Virus record (IMG/VR): IMGVR_UViG_3300020045_001640 | Span: 1-64,000 of that record | Length of the DNA stretch: 64,000 bases | Origin: a virus | Taxonomy: Duplodnaviria > Caudoviricetes | Direction: 5' to 3' (one strand) | Shown: positions 35,631 to 44,600 of the stretch, in pieces | How positions within the stretch are numbered: the first letter of the stretch is position 1 | How the letters are laid out: every line of letters begins with the position of its first letter | The notes under the pieces: model-generated | Seen by the model: only the letters and a program-made list of their open reading frames with translations | Databases searched by the model: none | What the model was told of the DNA's origin: nothing | Translations under genes and position numbers: made by a program

Positions 35631-36284
35631 TTATGCTTTAACGCTGAGGAACAAAGCCCTCTCTTGATGCCTACGCTTATCCAACCCCGGCACAACAGCC
35701 AACGGCTTGCCGCCTTTATTCCACATTAGGAAAGCATTACCAGCAGCTTCCCAATCACCCACAGCAATCTTCTTAGCTACTGTGCTGTTAGCAAAGGCTG
35801 TGTTACCAATATTGAAAGCAAGGCTGATACATGCTGCAACAGCTTCGTCTGATGCCTTCCAGAGATTAGGAGCAGAGTTCATCACAGAGCCCATAACTTC
35901 TTTCACCTCTTCAAACAGGTCGTTTTCAGCCTCTACAAGCGTGCAAGTATCACCCTGTTTAACACCTTTGGTAATTCCGTAACCTTTCGTCCAAGGTTCT
36001 CCAGAAAGCTCTTGCAAGTACGGAGGAAGCTCAAGCTTACCGTCCATAAACTTACGAAGAATGCCATGCTTAGAGAGTTCTTTGTACAGAGGGGAAAGTG
36101 GGTCTGGGTATGCTCTTTCCTCAAACTTCTCAAATGGACGCAAGATTTTCATAGCAATTTTAACAGCACCATCTCGTGTTTCAACTACTCTTGCAGGAGC
36201 CTTATCCTCCCTCTGCTCAGCAGCCTTCTTATTCAACCTAGCTACCCACGCGAGAGCACGCTCTTTAGTTTCATTATCAATCAT
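35631..36284 (-). CDS. endolysin, GH24 phage lysozyme
   Basis: FE....AYPDP...PWT.GYG, A..SLAFNIG, F..WNK, GL..RR..ER.LFL. Confidence 0.9.
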   Translation of the reverse strand: MIDNETKERALAWVARLNKKAAEQREDKAPARVVETRDGAVKIAMKILRPFEKFEERAYPDPLSPLYKELSKHGILRKFMDGKLELPPYLQELSGEPWTKGYGITKGVKQGDTCTLVEAENDLFEEVKEVMGSVMNSAPNLWKASDEAVAACISLAFNIGNTAFANSTVAKKIAVGDWEAAGNAFLMWNKGGKPLAVVPGLDKRRHQERALFLSVKA

Positions 36285-36708
36285 GTCGTCCCTTTAATAC
36301 GCTGTAAAGAATAGCAGGAGAATATCGCCAAGCCTCTGTATAACCTAAAGCTGCTGCAATACTCTCTGCACAAGAGTATTTATCAGAGCCGTCTCGGAAG
36401 AACCCTATTACGAATCCAAGATTGCCCATGAGGTCATAGCGCGATCCTTGGTGAGCCATAAACCACTCTCTTACGGCTCTCTCGTCAGCAGCCTCGACAG
36501 ATGCTATTTCAAGGAAGTCCCAATGGTCAGGGTCGTATTCAATAAGCTTAAATCGAACACCCCCGTCAAGATACGACGAGGATGCTGACAGACCATCAGA
36601 GAAGATGATTTCACAATGGCTGTAAGGGCTTCTTGTCCAAGCTCTTACGCCTCTGTTATAAACGCCTTGCAGCTTCGGGCGTGTGCCCTTGTAGAAAGCT
36701 ACTCTCAT
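36277..36708 (-). CDS. permuted papain-like (NlpC/P60) protein
   Basis: YSHCE precedes G..YD and YSCAE. Confidence 0.7.
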   Translation of the reverse strand: MRVAFYKGTRPKLQGVYNRGVRAWTRSPYSHCEIIFSDGLSASSSYLDGGVRFKLIEYDPDHWDFLEIASVEAADERAVREWFMAHQGSRYDLMGNLGFVIGFFRDGSDKYSCAESIAAALGYTEAWRYSPAILYSVLKGRHD

Positions 36709-37245
36709 TTACACACCCTCAGAAGGGATCACAGGCCATCCCGCCATCCAGTCATACACTACAATATCCTGCACAGCAGCGCATGCCTCAATCGCATCGC
36801 AGTGTTTGCCGCGTATGCCGTCGATATACGCTTCCGCATGTAGAAATGGCTCAGATTGAGCGATGACGCGCCCAGCCATCTCGGCTATAGTCATGCCTCT
36901 TATCTGGCAGATCATCGCCAGTGTCGGCGCCTGCAGCGGATCGGCACTGTGCACAAAAGCGCGCGCCTCTGCCAACTTGATCGACCAACTCACCATTTCA
37001 CCAACACTGCGCCCGCGCACCACGACATTACGCAAGCCGGCAGCATAGGCATTAATCTCGGACTGGCGCTTGAGCTTGGCATCCGCCAAGGAGTCCTGAC
37101 CGACGCTATCGGGCGGCAGCGGCGTATTGCCAGCCGTGAGCCATGCTTGGTAGGCCTGCCATGCGGCACTGGAACGGTCGGGCGGAACGACGGTTCGCGT
37201 CTCGAAATCGAACACGCCGCCGGATAGGAGAACTTGGTACATCAC
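36709..37245 (-). CDS. tail fibre assembly/DUF4376-like protein
   Basis: WQAYQAWL.AGNTP.P; C-terminal W..GWP; position in the tail module. Confidence 0.65.
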   Translation of the reverse strand: MMYQVLLSGGVFDFETRTVVPPDRSSAAWQAYQAWLTAGNTPLPPDSVGQDSLADAKLKRQSEINAYAAGLRNVVVRGRSVGEMVSWSIKLAEARAFVHSADPLQAPTLAMICQIRGMTIAEMAGRVIAQSEPFLHAEAYIDGIRGKHCDAIEACAAVQDIVVYDWMAGWPVIPSEGV

Positions 37246-37586
37246 GCTGGCACCTCAGTCACGAGGATTTGGGCTTTTACAGTCGAATTCGAACCTGCGG
37301 AGTACGAAATTGTTTGGCCTGCACCGAGGTATATTGTTAAGGGAGGTCCAGCGGCAATTTCAAGGGTGGTAGAGTCAGCTACCCCACCTCCTTGATAGAC
37401 AACATTAGCACCCGATGAGCCGGATGAAGAGTACGAAACAACGCCGATGTTTAGCGAGGCAAAGGGTCCTTTGACCTGCATCCCGGTAATTTGCACCTTT
37501 GCGATAGTGCTGGCTGGGACGGAGTAGAGGGTGGTGGCCGCTACGGCGGTCACACTGACCGCGAATGCCTTGTGTACTTGTGCCAT
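37242..37586 (-). CDS. small beta-rich virion protein (possible receptor-binding tip)
   Basis: Ser/Gly/Ala/Val-rich; tail context. Confidence 0.6.
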   Translation of the reverse strand: MAQVHKAFAVSVTAVAATTLYSVPASTIAKVQITGMQVKGPFASLNIGVVSYSSSGSSGANVVYQGGGVADSTTLEIAAGPPLTIYLGAGQTISYSAGSNSTVKAQILVTEVPA

Positions 37587-37595
37587 GGTGATCCC

Positions 37596-37874
37596 TTAAA
37601 AGTTTCCAAATCCGTTTAATAGCTCATTGAGTTTCGTCTCGATGCTGATGGTCTTTGTCTCGATGCTGGTGGCTTTTGTCTCGATAGTGTCAAGCTTGGC
37701 AGCGCGAGTCGAAGTCCATGTTGCGGTTGACAGCGCCGTAGACGAGGGCGCTCGCGTACTGATAGCAGCGTCCAAGTTGTCTACCTTGGCGGCGCGGGCA
37801 ATCGTCCAGTTGACGGTTAAAAAATCGCTGATGGTTTTGAGTTTTCCGGGCACGCCGAGTAAAAAGTCAATCAT
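37596..37874 (-). CDS. small tail-associated protein with heptad repeats
   Basis: IETK x3. Confidence 0.6.
   Translation of the reverse strand: MIDFLLGVPGKLKTISDFLTVNWTIARAAKVDNLDAAISTRAPSSTALSTATWTSTRAAKLDTIETKATSIETKTISIETKLNELLNGFGNF
37636..37686. repeat. 21-nt tandem repeat (about 2.4 copies)
   Basis: gtctcgatgctgatggtcttt / gtctcgatgctggtggctttt / gtctcgata. Confidence 0.75.
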
Positions 37875-37877
37875 GTT

Positions 37878-38228
37878 TTAGCTCCAGGTGGTATTGGTGA
37901 CGTTTTGCGCGCCGTCGTAAGTGATGGTTTTTGTTCCGATTGCATCGTAGCTCGTGCCGCTGTTTGCGCTGTAGGCGTAGGCGGCTACGCTCACATTGCC
38001 GGATGACCATGTGAGTGTTGCGCTCACGCGCTCTGTGCCCTTTGAGTACGTCAGCGCGGCGGGCTCCGAAGCCGTGCCGCCAGTCGCTGCCATGTTGAAG
38101 CCGGGGAAACCCCCGCCCATGATGCAGGCATCGCGTAGAGCGTTAAGGTTTTGCCGGGTCGAATTGGCAAATGCGGTGCCGGTCTGCGTGCTGGCCGGTG
38201 TTGCGGGGTCGTGCGGGGTATAAGCCAT
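37878..38228 (-). CDS. tail-associated structural protein
   Basis: Thr/Ser/Gly-rich; tail context. Confidence 0.65.
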   Translation of the reverse strand: MAYTPHDPATPASTQTGTAFANSTRQNLNALRDACIMGGGFPGFNMAATGGTASEPAALTYSKGTERVSATLTWSSGNVSVAAYAYSANSGTSYDAIGTKTITYDGAQNVTNTTWS

Positions 38229-38231
38229 GTG

Positions 38232-40784
38232 TCAAACTCCTTGAAATTGATACTGGAAATCCGATGCAATTCTTGCCCCGGCGTCGTTAAAAATGTACAC
38301 ATCAAAACTGCAGCTCGTGCCCAATATCACGTTGTCGAAAGACACGCTTCGAGCTGTAGTTCCCTTGGGCGTAATGGTCAGTTTTTTGACGAACACATAA
38401 TCACCTTCAAGTGTGACCGTCACAGGGCCGCTCGCACTGCTTGTGCCACTGCCGACTTCTTCACGCGGGATGGCGTCAAGCCGGATAGTCTGGTCCGGGA
38501 TTGTGACCAACAGCGTGCTGGTGGTCAGCGCCTCGTGCTTGAGCCGAATAAACCGGGCGTTTCGCTTTTGGCTCAGTCCGGCGCTATAGACCCATGTGCC
38601 GGGCGCGGCTGCCATGGCGGTACCTATGTAGCTGATGTGACTCCCAGACAGGTCTGCGATGGTAGCTGTGCCTGTGAATTGCCCCCCTAAGTCAAGGCCC
38701 AAATCGTCCGACTCTCCCAGCCATGTGCTGGTCTGGCTGGCGTGGTAGGTTGCCAGCGGATTAACGTAGGTGCTGATTGCTGCACTGAACTTGGTGCCGA
38801 AAGCCACGTTATCCTCTGTGACAAAATAGCGGGCTGGGTCAGTAGGGTGCAGACTGTATTCAGCCATACCTGTGAGTGTTGGCGAACTCTGCGTGAATGT
38901 GTCAATCAGGAACGCACTGGCGTCGCTTGATACCGTCACGACCGTGCTGGCGGGGCTGGTGCTGTAACCGCCCACGCTGTCCAGACACTTTACCTGCAAT
39001 GACCATGTACCTGCCGGCAATTGATCGACTTGCAATCGCAGTGCGTCAACGCGGTCGAGCAGGACTGCATCCTCCCAGCTCACTCCGACCACGCCCCACC
39101 GGATTTCGTATCGCCACACGTCAATGTCAATTGCTGGTAGCCATGTGATATACACCCTCCCACCAGCCTCGAACGCCGACACGCTCGGGACGTTCCCCGG
39201 AAGCATCTGCTTGCCTATTGCGGTGGCACTCTGGATGGCGTAGTCGCTGGACGCCCCGATGATGGACACCGTTGAAATCTTCGCGGTATAGACCACCCCC
39301 TCTTGCACGGCAGGTGTAGGCCATTGCACGCCGTCCGTGACAATGGCAGAGTGGATCAGGGTGGCCCCTGCCCACAGATCGGCTCGGTAATGAGCTGTGT
39401 ACGTGTAGTCCGTGTCTGCCACCCACACCACTCGCCAGCGGCTCGAATAGGTGCCGTTTTGTTGTTGGAAAACTTCCTCCGTCATCGTCACGCCCGTTAC
39501 CACTGGTGGCTCTGCTGGATTGGATAGCGTAGTGTCAACATACGTCGGTGCATCTGTGACGGCGCTGCTATACACAGACGGATCATGCTCGATTAGGTCA
39601 AGAGCATAACGTCCATACTCCCCCGTAATGTTCATTACGCGCATCAGCTTGTCGGTCAAGCCAATAGGGTGCGTAACAGATACGATGTCCCCAACTTCCA
39701 GCGACAGAGCTTCATCAAAGACCGTCAAGGTGAATGACAAGTCGTTGAGCAACAGTTTGTTCAATCGCTCGGTGGACTCCCGGTAGGCTTGGCTGTAGCG
39801 AGTGACGCCGGGGAGTGACACTGTGCTTTCGCGGCGAGGCGTGGTGCCCGCTATCACGCCGGGGGCACGTACAATTGCCGTACCATCACGATGTGGTAAG
39901 GAGCTGATGTCACGGTAGCTCATCGTCATTACAGTAGGTGTCTGTTGCACACCACGCTTTTTGAGAGCACTAATCGACAGGATTTTCCCGCTGGCATGAT
40001 CGAATGTGGCTACGCTGGCGCCGTCCTTATCGCTGACCAGCTTGAGTCCGTTTGCCGATGGCACGACCCAGCATCCAGCGTAGGTGCGCAAGGTGTCGAG
40101 CCACTTGTCAACCTGCTGTACGGTGTCCAGCGCCAGATTGAGCGTGCGCATTTTTTCTACGCCGCCTGCCATCACATCATTATCAAATGCGACTGACCCA
40201 ACGCTTAGGTAATCAACGGTTTTGCCCATGCCGTAAGTGGTATTGGTCACAAAATCGGCAAGGCACAAGGCTGGGTTATCGCTCCACGCGGTCAGCGTAG
40301 ATCGCGGGTCATACACCTTGCGCCCACTGATCGTCGCTGTAAAGCGTGGAAAGCCACCGCTGTCACTGTTGGACAGTTTGACGACGCTGTAGCAGATGCC
40401 GGGTAACGTATCAGTGTAGGTAATGGCAGGTTTTTGAGTTGCGAATGCAGCCACCATCACAGGGTTGATGCCTTGCCCCGTAGTGCCTGTGTAGTGTGTG
40501 AAGGTTACGCCCGCTGGTAACACTTTATCGTCCAGCATCAGATCGGTAATGGCATCGACCTCGCCATGCCCCCACACCAGCAGCAAGACCGTCTGACCAT
40601 AGTAGTTCAGCACACTAGCGATTTGCGGGCCGATGGTGACAGTTCCGTACAGCACCCGTAGCGGGGCGTTTTCAGCAGCCACACTGAGGAGTTGATCCTT
40701 GGCATTGGAGGCGCTGCCGTTGAGCGTGTCACGTGCAGTCACTGGCGTGGTCGCCCATGCGCCGGGGTTGGGGAGATAAAGCAT
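38232..40784 (-). CDS. central tail tip/host-specificity protein (TipJ-like, with Fn3-like domains)
   Basis: LRVLYG..., GHGEVDAI, GRKVYDPR, NPALC..D; true ATG at 40784 (TGATG overlap). Confidence 0.85.
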   Translation of the reverse strand: MLYLPNPGAWATTPVTARDTLNGSASNAKDQLLSVAAENAPLRVLYGTVTIGPQIASVLNYYGQTVLLLVWGHGEVDAITDLMLDDKVLPAGVTFTHYTGTTGQGINPVMVAAFATQKPAITYTDTLPGICYSVVKLSNSDSGGFPRFTATISGRKVYDPRSTLTAWSDNPALCLADFVTNTTYGMGKTVDYLSVGSVAFDNDVMAGGVEKMRTLNLALDTVQQVDKWLDTLRTYAGCWVVPSANGLKLVSDKDGASVATFDHASGKILSISALKKRGVQQTPTVMTMSYRDISSLPHRDGTAIVRAPGVIAGTTPRRESTVSLPGVTRYSQAYRESTERLNKLLLNDLSFTLTVFDEALSLEVGDIVSVTHPIGLTDKLMRVMNITGEYGRYALDLIEHDPSVYSSAVTDAPTYVDTTLSNPAEPPVVTGVTMTEEVFQQQNGTYSSRWRVVWVADTDYTYTAHYRADLWAGATLIHSAIVTDGVQWPTPAVQEGVVYTAKISTVSIIGASSDYAIQSATAIGKQMLPGNVPSVSAFEAGGRVYITWLPAIDIDVWRYEIRWGVVGVSWEDAVLLDRVDALRLQVDQLPAGTWSLQVKCLDSVGGYSTSPASTVVTVSSDASAFLIDTFTQSSPTLTGMAEYSLHPTDPARYFVTEDNVAFGTKFSAAISTYVNPLATYHASQTSTWLGESDDLGLDLGGQFTGTATIADLSGSHISYIGTAMAAAPGTWVYSAGLSQKRNARFIRLKHEALTTSTLLVTIPDQTIRLDAIPREEVGSGTSSASGPVTVTLEGDYVFVKKLTITPKGTTARSVSFDNVILGTSCSFDVYIFNDAGARIASDFQYQFQGV

Positions 40785-41119
40785 CAGACTTGTTCCATTT
40801 GTGTAGTTACAGTCCAACGAGAGCTTGGGCCAATGGTAATATTCGGAGGCGCGGTGAAAATACAGGTGTAATTGGTTCCGTCCGCCACCCATAGAAAATC
40901 AATCTCTAACAGGCGATTGGTGGTATAGAAACTCATTAACACTACTTTCTCATCGGCGGTCAGGAAGTCGTGCACAACTGTAAATTTCTGCTTTGGTGCG
41001 GTGTAGAATGCTCTGCCCTTGGCTGCTCCGTTGCTGGCGCGGTCAATCTGCACATCATCCAACACCTCTTGTGTGCTAGACTGAGAGGGATTGTATGTAA
41101 AAGTGGGATACGCGTTCAT
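40784..41119 (-). CDS. minor tail protein (distal-tail/gpM-like)
   Basis: Size and position after the tape measure. Confidence 0.65.
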   Translation of the reverse strand: MNAYPTFTYNPSQSSTQEVLDDVQIDRASNGAAKGRAFYTAPKQKFTVVHDFLTADEKVVLMSFYTTNRLLEIDFLWVADGTNYTCIFTAPPNITIGPSSRWTVTTQMEQV

Positions 41120-41625
41120 AGTGCTCTATCCAACGAAAAACGCTCACCGTTGTACATGATAATGGTTCCCTCTGGCTGTAGAAAGTTGAATACAGGTGTT
41201 GATATGAAAACTCTTGGGCAAAACAGCGTTTTGTTCGCTTGTGCTACCAATGTCATTGTTACATTGTCGGTGGCAATCTCGGCACCATCGGCAACACCTG
41301 AGAACACTTGTACCGCATCACCATGTGCTCCGGCATAGACGGCATAAATGCTCACAGGTATATCGGATGCACCCTCGTTGAGGATCAGCGCACTATAGAA
41401 ATTGTCAGTATTACCTAGCGTCAGGCTGGCACTGTTGTTACCCTTACCATCTTGCTTGATACCAGATACCTTGGCGTCCGCGCTTGTCCAGTTGTATGTG
41501 GCGTAACTGACGCTACCTATAGTGGACAGACGTATTGGCGTACTATAGCCAAGCTCGATCAAGTAACCGGGGCGCGTGATGGTAAGGGCCAACTCTGCGA
41601 GTAGTTCAGGGGTCAGTGTAATCAT
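41116..41625 (-). CDS. minor tail protein (hub/gpL-like N-terminal domain)
   Basis: Position; V.VFSGV.DG pattern. Confidence 0.65.
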   Translation of the reverse strand: MITLTPELLAELALTITRPGYLIELGYSTPIRLSTIGSVSYATYNWTSADAKVSGIKQDGKGNNSASLTLGNTDNFYSALILNEGASDIPVSIYAVYAGAHGDAVQVFSGVADGAEIATDNVTMTLVAQANKTLFCPRVFISTPVFNFLQPEGTIIMYNGERFSLDRAL

Positions 41626-44600
41626 GCTACCGATACCTCCGAGCCGACAGGTGCTGTCACAGATACACTGATATTCGCTTGCGCTGGAGTGTTGGCAGCT
41701 ACTTTCACATCGGCGGCAGCGGCCTTCACATCAGCAGCAGCTTTAGACAGTGCTGATGTCGGGTCAGCCATTGCCTCTGCAATAGCAGTTTTTACTGCTT
41801 CAGCTATTGCCCTTGCGGTTTCTGCGTTCTGTGCCTTGGCGAGGGCCACTGGATCAGCACCGTTTTGCATCACATAACTATTGATTTCGTTAAGCTTGGC
41901 CTCAAACGGCAGGATTTGTGCCTTTTGCTGCTCAGGGTCCAACAACCCCCATGCCTGATTAATCAGGGCGATTTGCTCTTGTGCGATTGACGCGATTGAG
42001 TAAATGTCGCCGCTGCTGTGCATCTGGTCATTGAGACGAGCACCCCTAACATCCAACATTCCATATTTACCCGCGTTACCCTCCATGCCAAATTTCATGC
42101 CAAAGATGCTATCGGAAACTGAGTTGCTGATACCACTCACAAGGCTCTTGATTTTTGTGGCGATATCATGAACACTGTTGTAACTTGCCACCACAGCGTC
42201 TGATGCTGTCGCTTGTGCATTAAGTGCGTTAATCATTCGCTGCAACGGTCGCAACGTCGCGTCCATAGCATCCATTTCGATCTTACGACTAGCTGCGAGT
42301 GCGCCTGACTTATCACCTTGCAACTGCATAATCTGGATTTCCATGTTGACACGTTTGGTCGCCAACTCCGTCGCAGCAGCCAATGCTTTTGCCTCATCAT
42401 CGAGCGCGTAGATGCGTGACTGCAACGGCCGCAGGGACTCATCCATAGCACTGAGTTCGGCATTACGCTGACGTGTTAAGGCTTCCGCCTTCGTGTGCGT
42501 CATATCGTAAATCTTTTCTTCCAGCGATGCCCTTGCCTCAGATATTACTGAGAGTGCTTCTGCTGCTGTAGCTTCATCTTGCAACGCAAACACACGAGAT
42601 TGCAGAGGGCGCAGTGATTCATCTAAGGCTTCCAACTCCAGATTACGTTGACGTGTCAGAGCTTCAACAGCCGTGTGCGTCATGTCATAGATTGTGCCCT
42701 CAATTTCAGCACGTTGACCTGCAAGTTCTTTTGCGGCATCAGCAACAATCTTAAATGCCGGTGCAACGTTCATCAAAGCTACATACATTTCTTGTCCAGC
42801 TAACGTACTCAAATCCTGGCTTTGTACCAATGCTGCATATTGCTCAGTTGTTGTGATAGACGATTGCTCTAAACGAGCCATCTCTTTAGATACAGCAGCA
42901 GACACAGGCGCAAGCCTCTGAGCATCTGTCAAGAAATTATCTTTGAAGAAGTCTGTCTTAGATGTAAACTCTTCCAAGCCACCCATCATATCGATGAAGC
43001 CCATGCGAGCTTTCATGCTCTCAGTGCCAACAGCACCAAAGGTCATTCCAACAGATTGCAATTCCAAATCAATCACACGGAAAGAGTTAGAAACACGTAC
43101 AGCGGTCTCTAACAAGCCTTCACCCATCTGTTGAAATGGCTTAACGATTTGAAGAGTAATACCTGTGATTCGATCCATCTCAGCAGAGAATACAGAAGTA
43201 ACAGCTTCTTCCAGTTCTTTACCCTTAAGGCCACGAGTTTCAATTGCGAGGTTGACAGGGATTTCATTCAACGTGTTAGCCAAATCAGCCGCAGACAAAC
43301 CTAACGAGCTACCAATCTCTAACAAGCCTGTACGCACATTAACAAACGATTGAGCTAAAGAGTCGCTGAATTCTTCAGTGAGGTCTGAGAAGTTCTTTGT
43401 TGTCCACTCTTTGTCACGTCTAAACAATCCACCATTCTTCTTGTGCAACACTTCTTCATATTGCTGTGTACGGCCTTCACCGGCTGCAAGTGAGCCTACA
43501 GAGCCTTGAATTTCAAGGCCTGCGCCGATGATGTTTGTGGAAGTGTTACCACCAAAGATAGACCCACCAAACTTAGTAGTGTTGCCCTCTTTAGTGCCAA
43601 AGGCTGTACCTGTCATCAAACCTTGTGTCAGCACTAAGCTCTTGGAAACACCTGTCAAGCTTGCTGCAATGTTCTGCATAGCTGTCAGCATTTTATTGCT
43701 GTACTCAAGCTCGGAGAAAGCATACTCGGAGAGAAGCTTTAAGGAGTTGACAATGGATTCACTCTTGGCTTCGCTGTCACCAAGTACAGTACCAGAGCCT
43801 TGTGTTTCGATGCGTTTCTTTTGGGCGGCTTCTGCACCACCTGATCCACTAGCAGCGCCTCCCCCTAGAACAGCAGCAATTGCTACAGCTGCCGCAGCCC
43901 ATCCCCACGGCCCCATCGTTGACATGAACGACATAATCACGCCAGGAATCTTAGCAATGTTCTTAGCACCTTCTGTAATCACGGTCATGTTGACCGATGC
44001 TAACATACCAGCCAACTCTACTGCGCGGAAGCCTTGCTCTGCGAGGGAAAGGAGTTTGTAGCCAGATGAGCCTTCGTTGAAGAACATCTTAGCTGCACCT
44101 GCCATATCACCATAAGCGTGGATACGAGCTTGACTAGAAGCTTTGTCAAAGTCTGCATTAACTTTACTGAGAGCGAGTTCTTTCTGCTTGCCAAGTAACT
44201 CCGATTTGTTAATCTTCTCAATAGCTGTTGCACGGTTGCTAGTAAGTTTCTCTTGTGTGTTACCATATTGCTGAGAGATGATGAATAACTTGCCAGCAGC
44301 TTTGCCAGCACTGCCGAAAGCGTCGCCAAGTGACTTGGAAATACTCTCGCCAACAGATGCCCACATTGTTTTCTGGTTGTTGGCAAGCTGCTGCATCTCC
44401 GACAAAGCTTTGTTATAGTTCTTTGCTGCATCGTCACTCTTAGGGTCAGCATCCATTAACACTTTCAGTGCTAACAGTTTTTCTTGCAAGTCTGGGAGCT
44501 TTGTAGCAAACTCTTCGGAAGCTGCTTGTGCTGCTGAGAATACACCAGCAATGCCTAAGCCTTCATTATCTGCTATAACACCTTTGAACAGGTTAGAAGC

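Noticed and set aside
37281-37300. GGTTCGAAT T-loop-like string on the minus strand
   Set aside because: The flanks do not pair as a T-stem, there is no cloverleaf, and it lies in-frame within a CDS
36709-40900. Diversity-generating retroelement or invertible tail cassette
   Set aside because: No reverse transcriptase, invertase, template/variable repeat pair or flanking inverted sites seen
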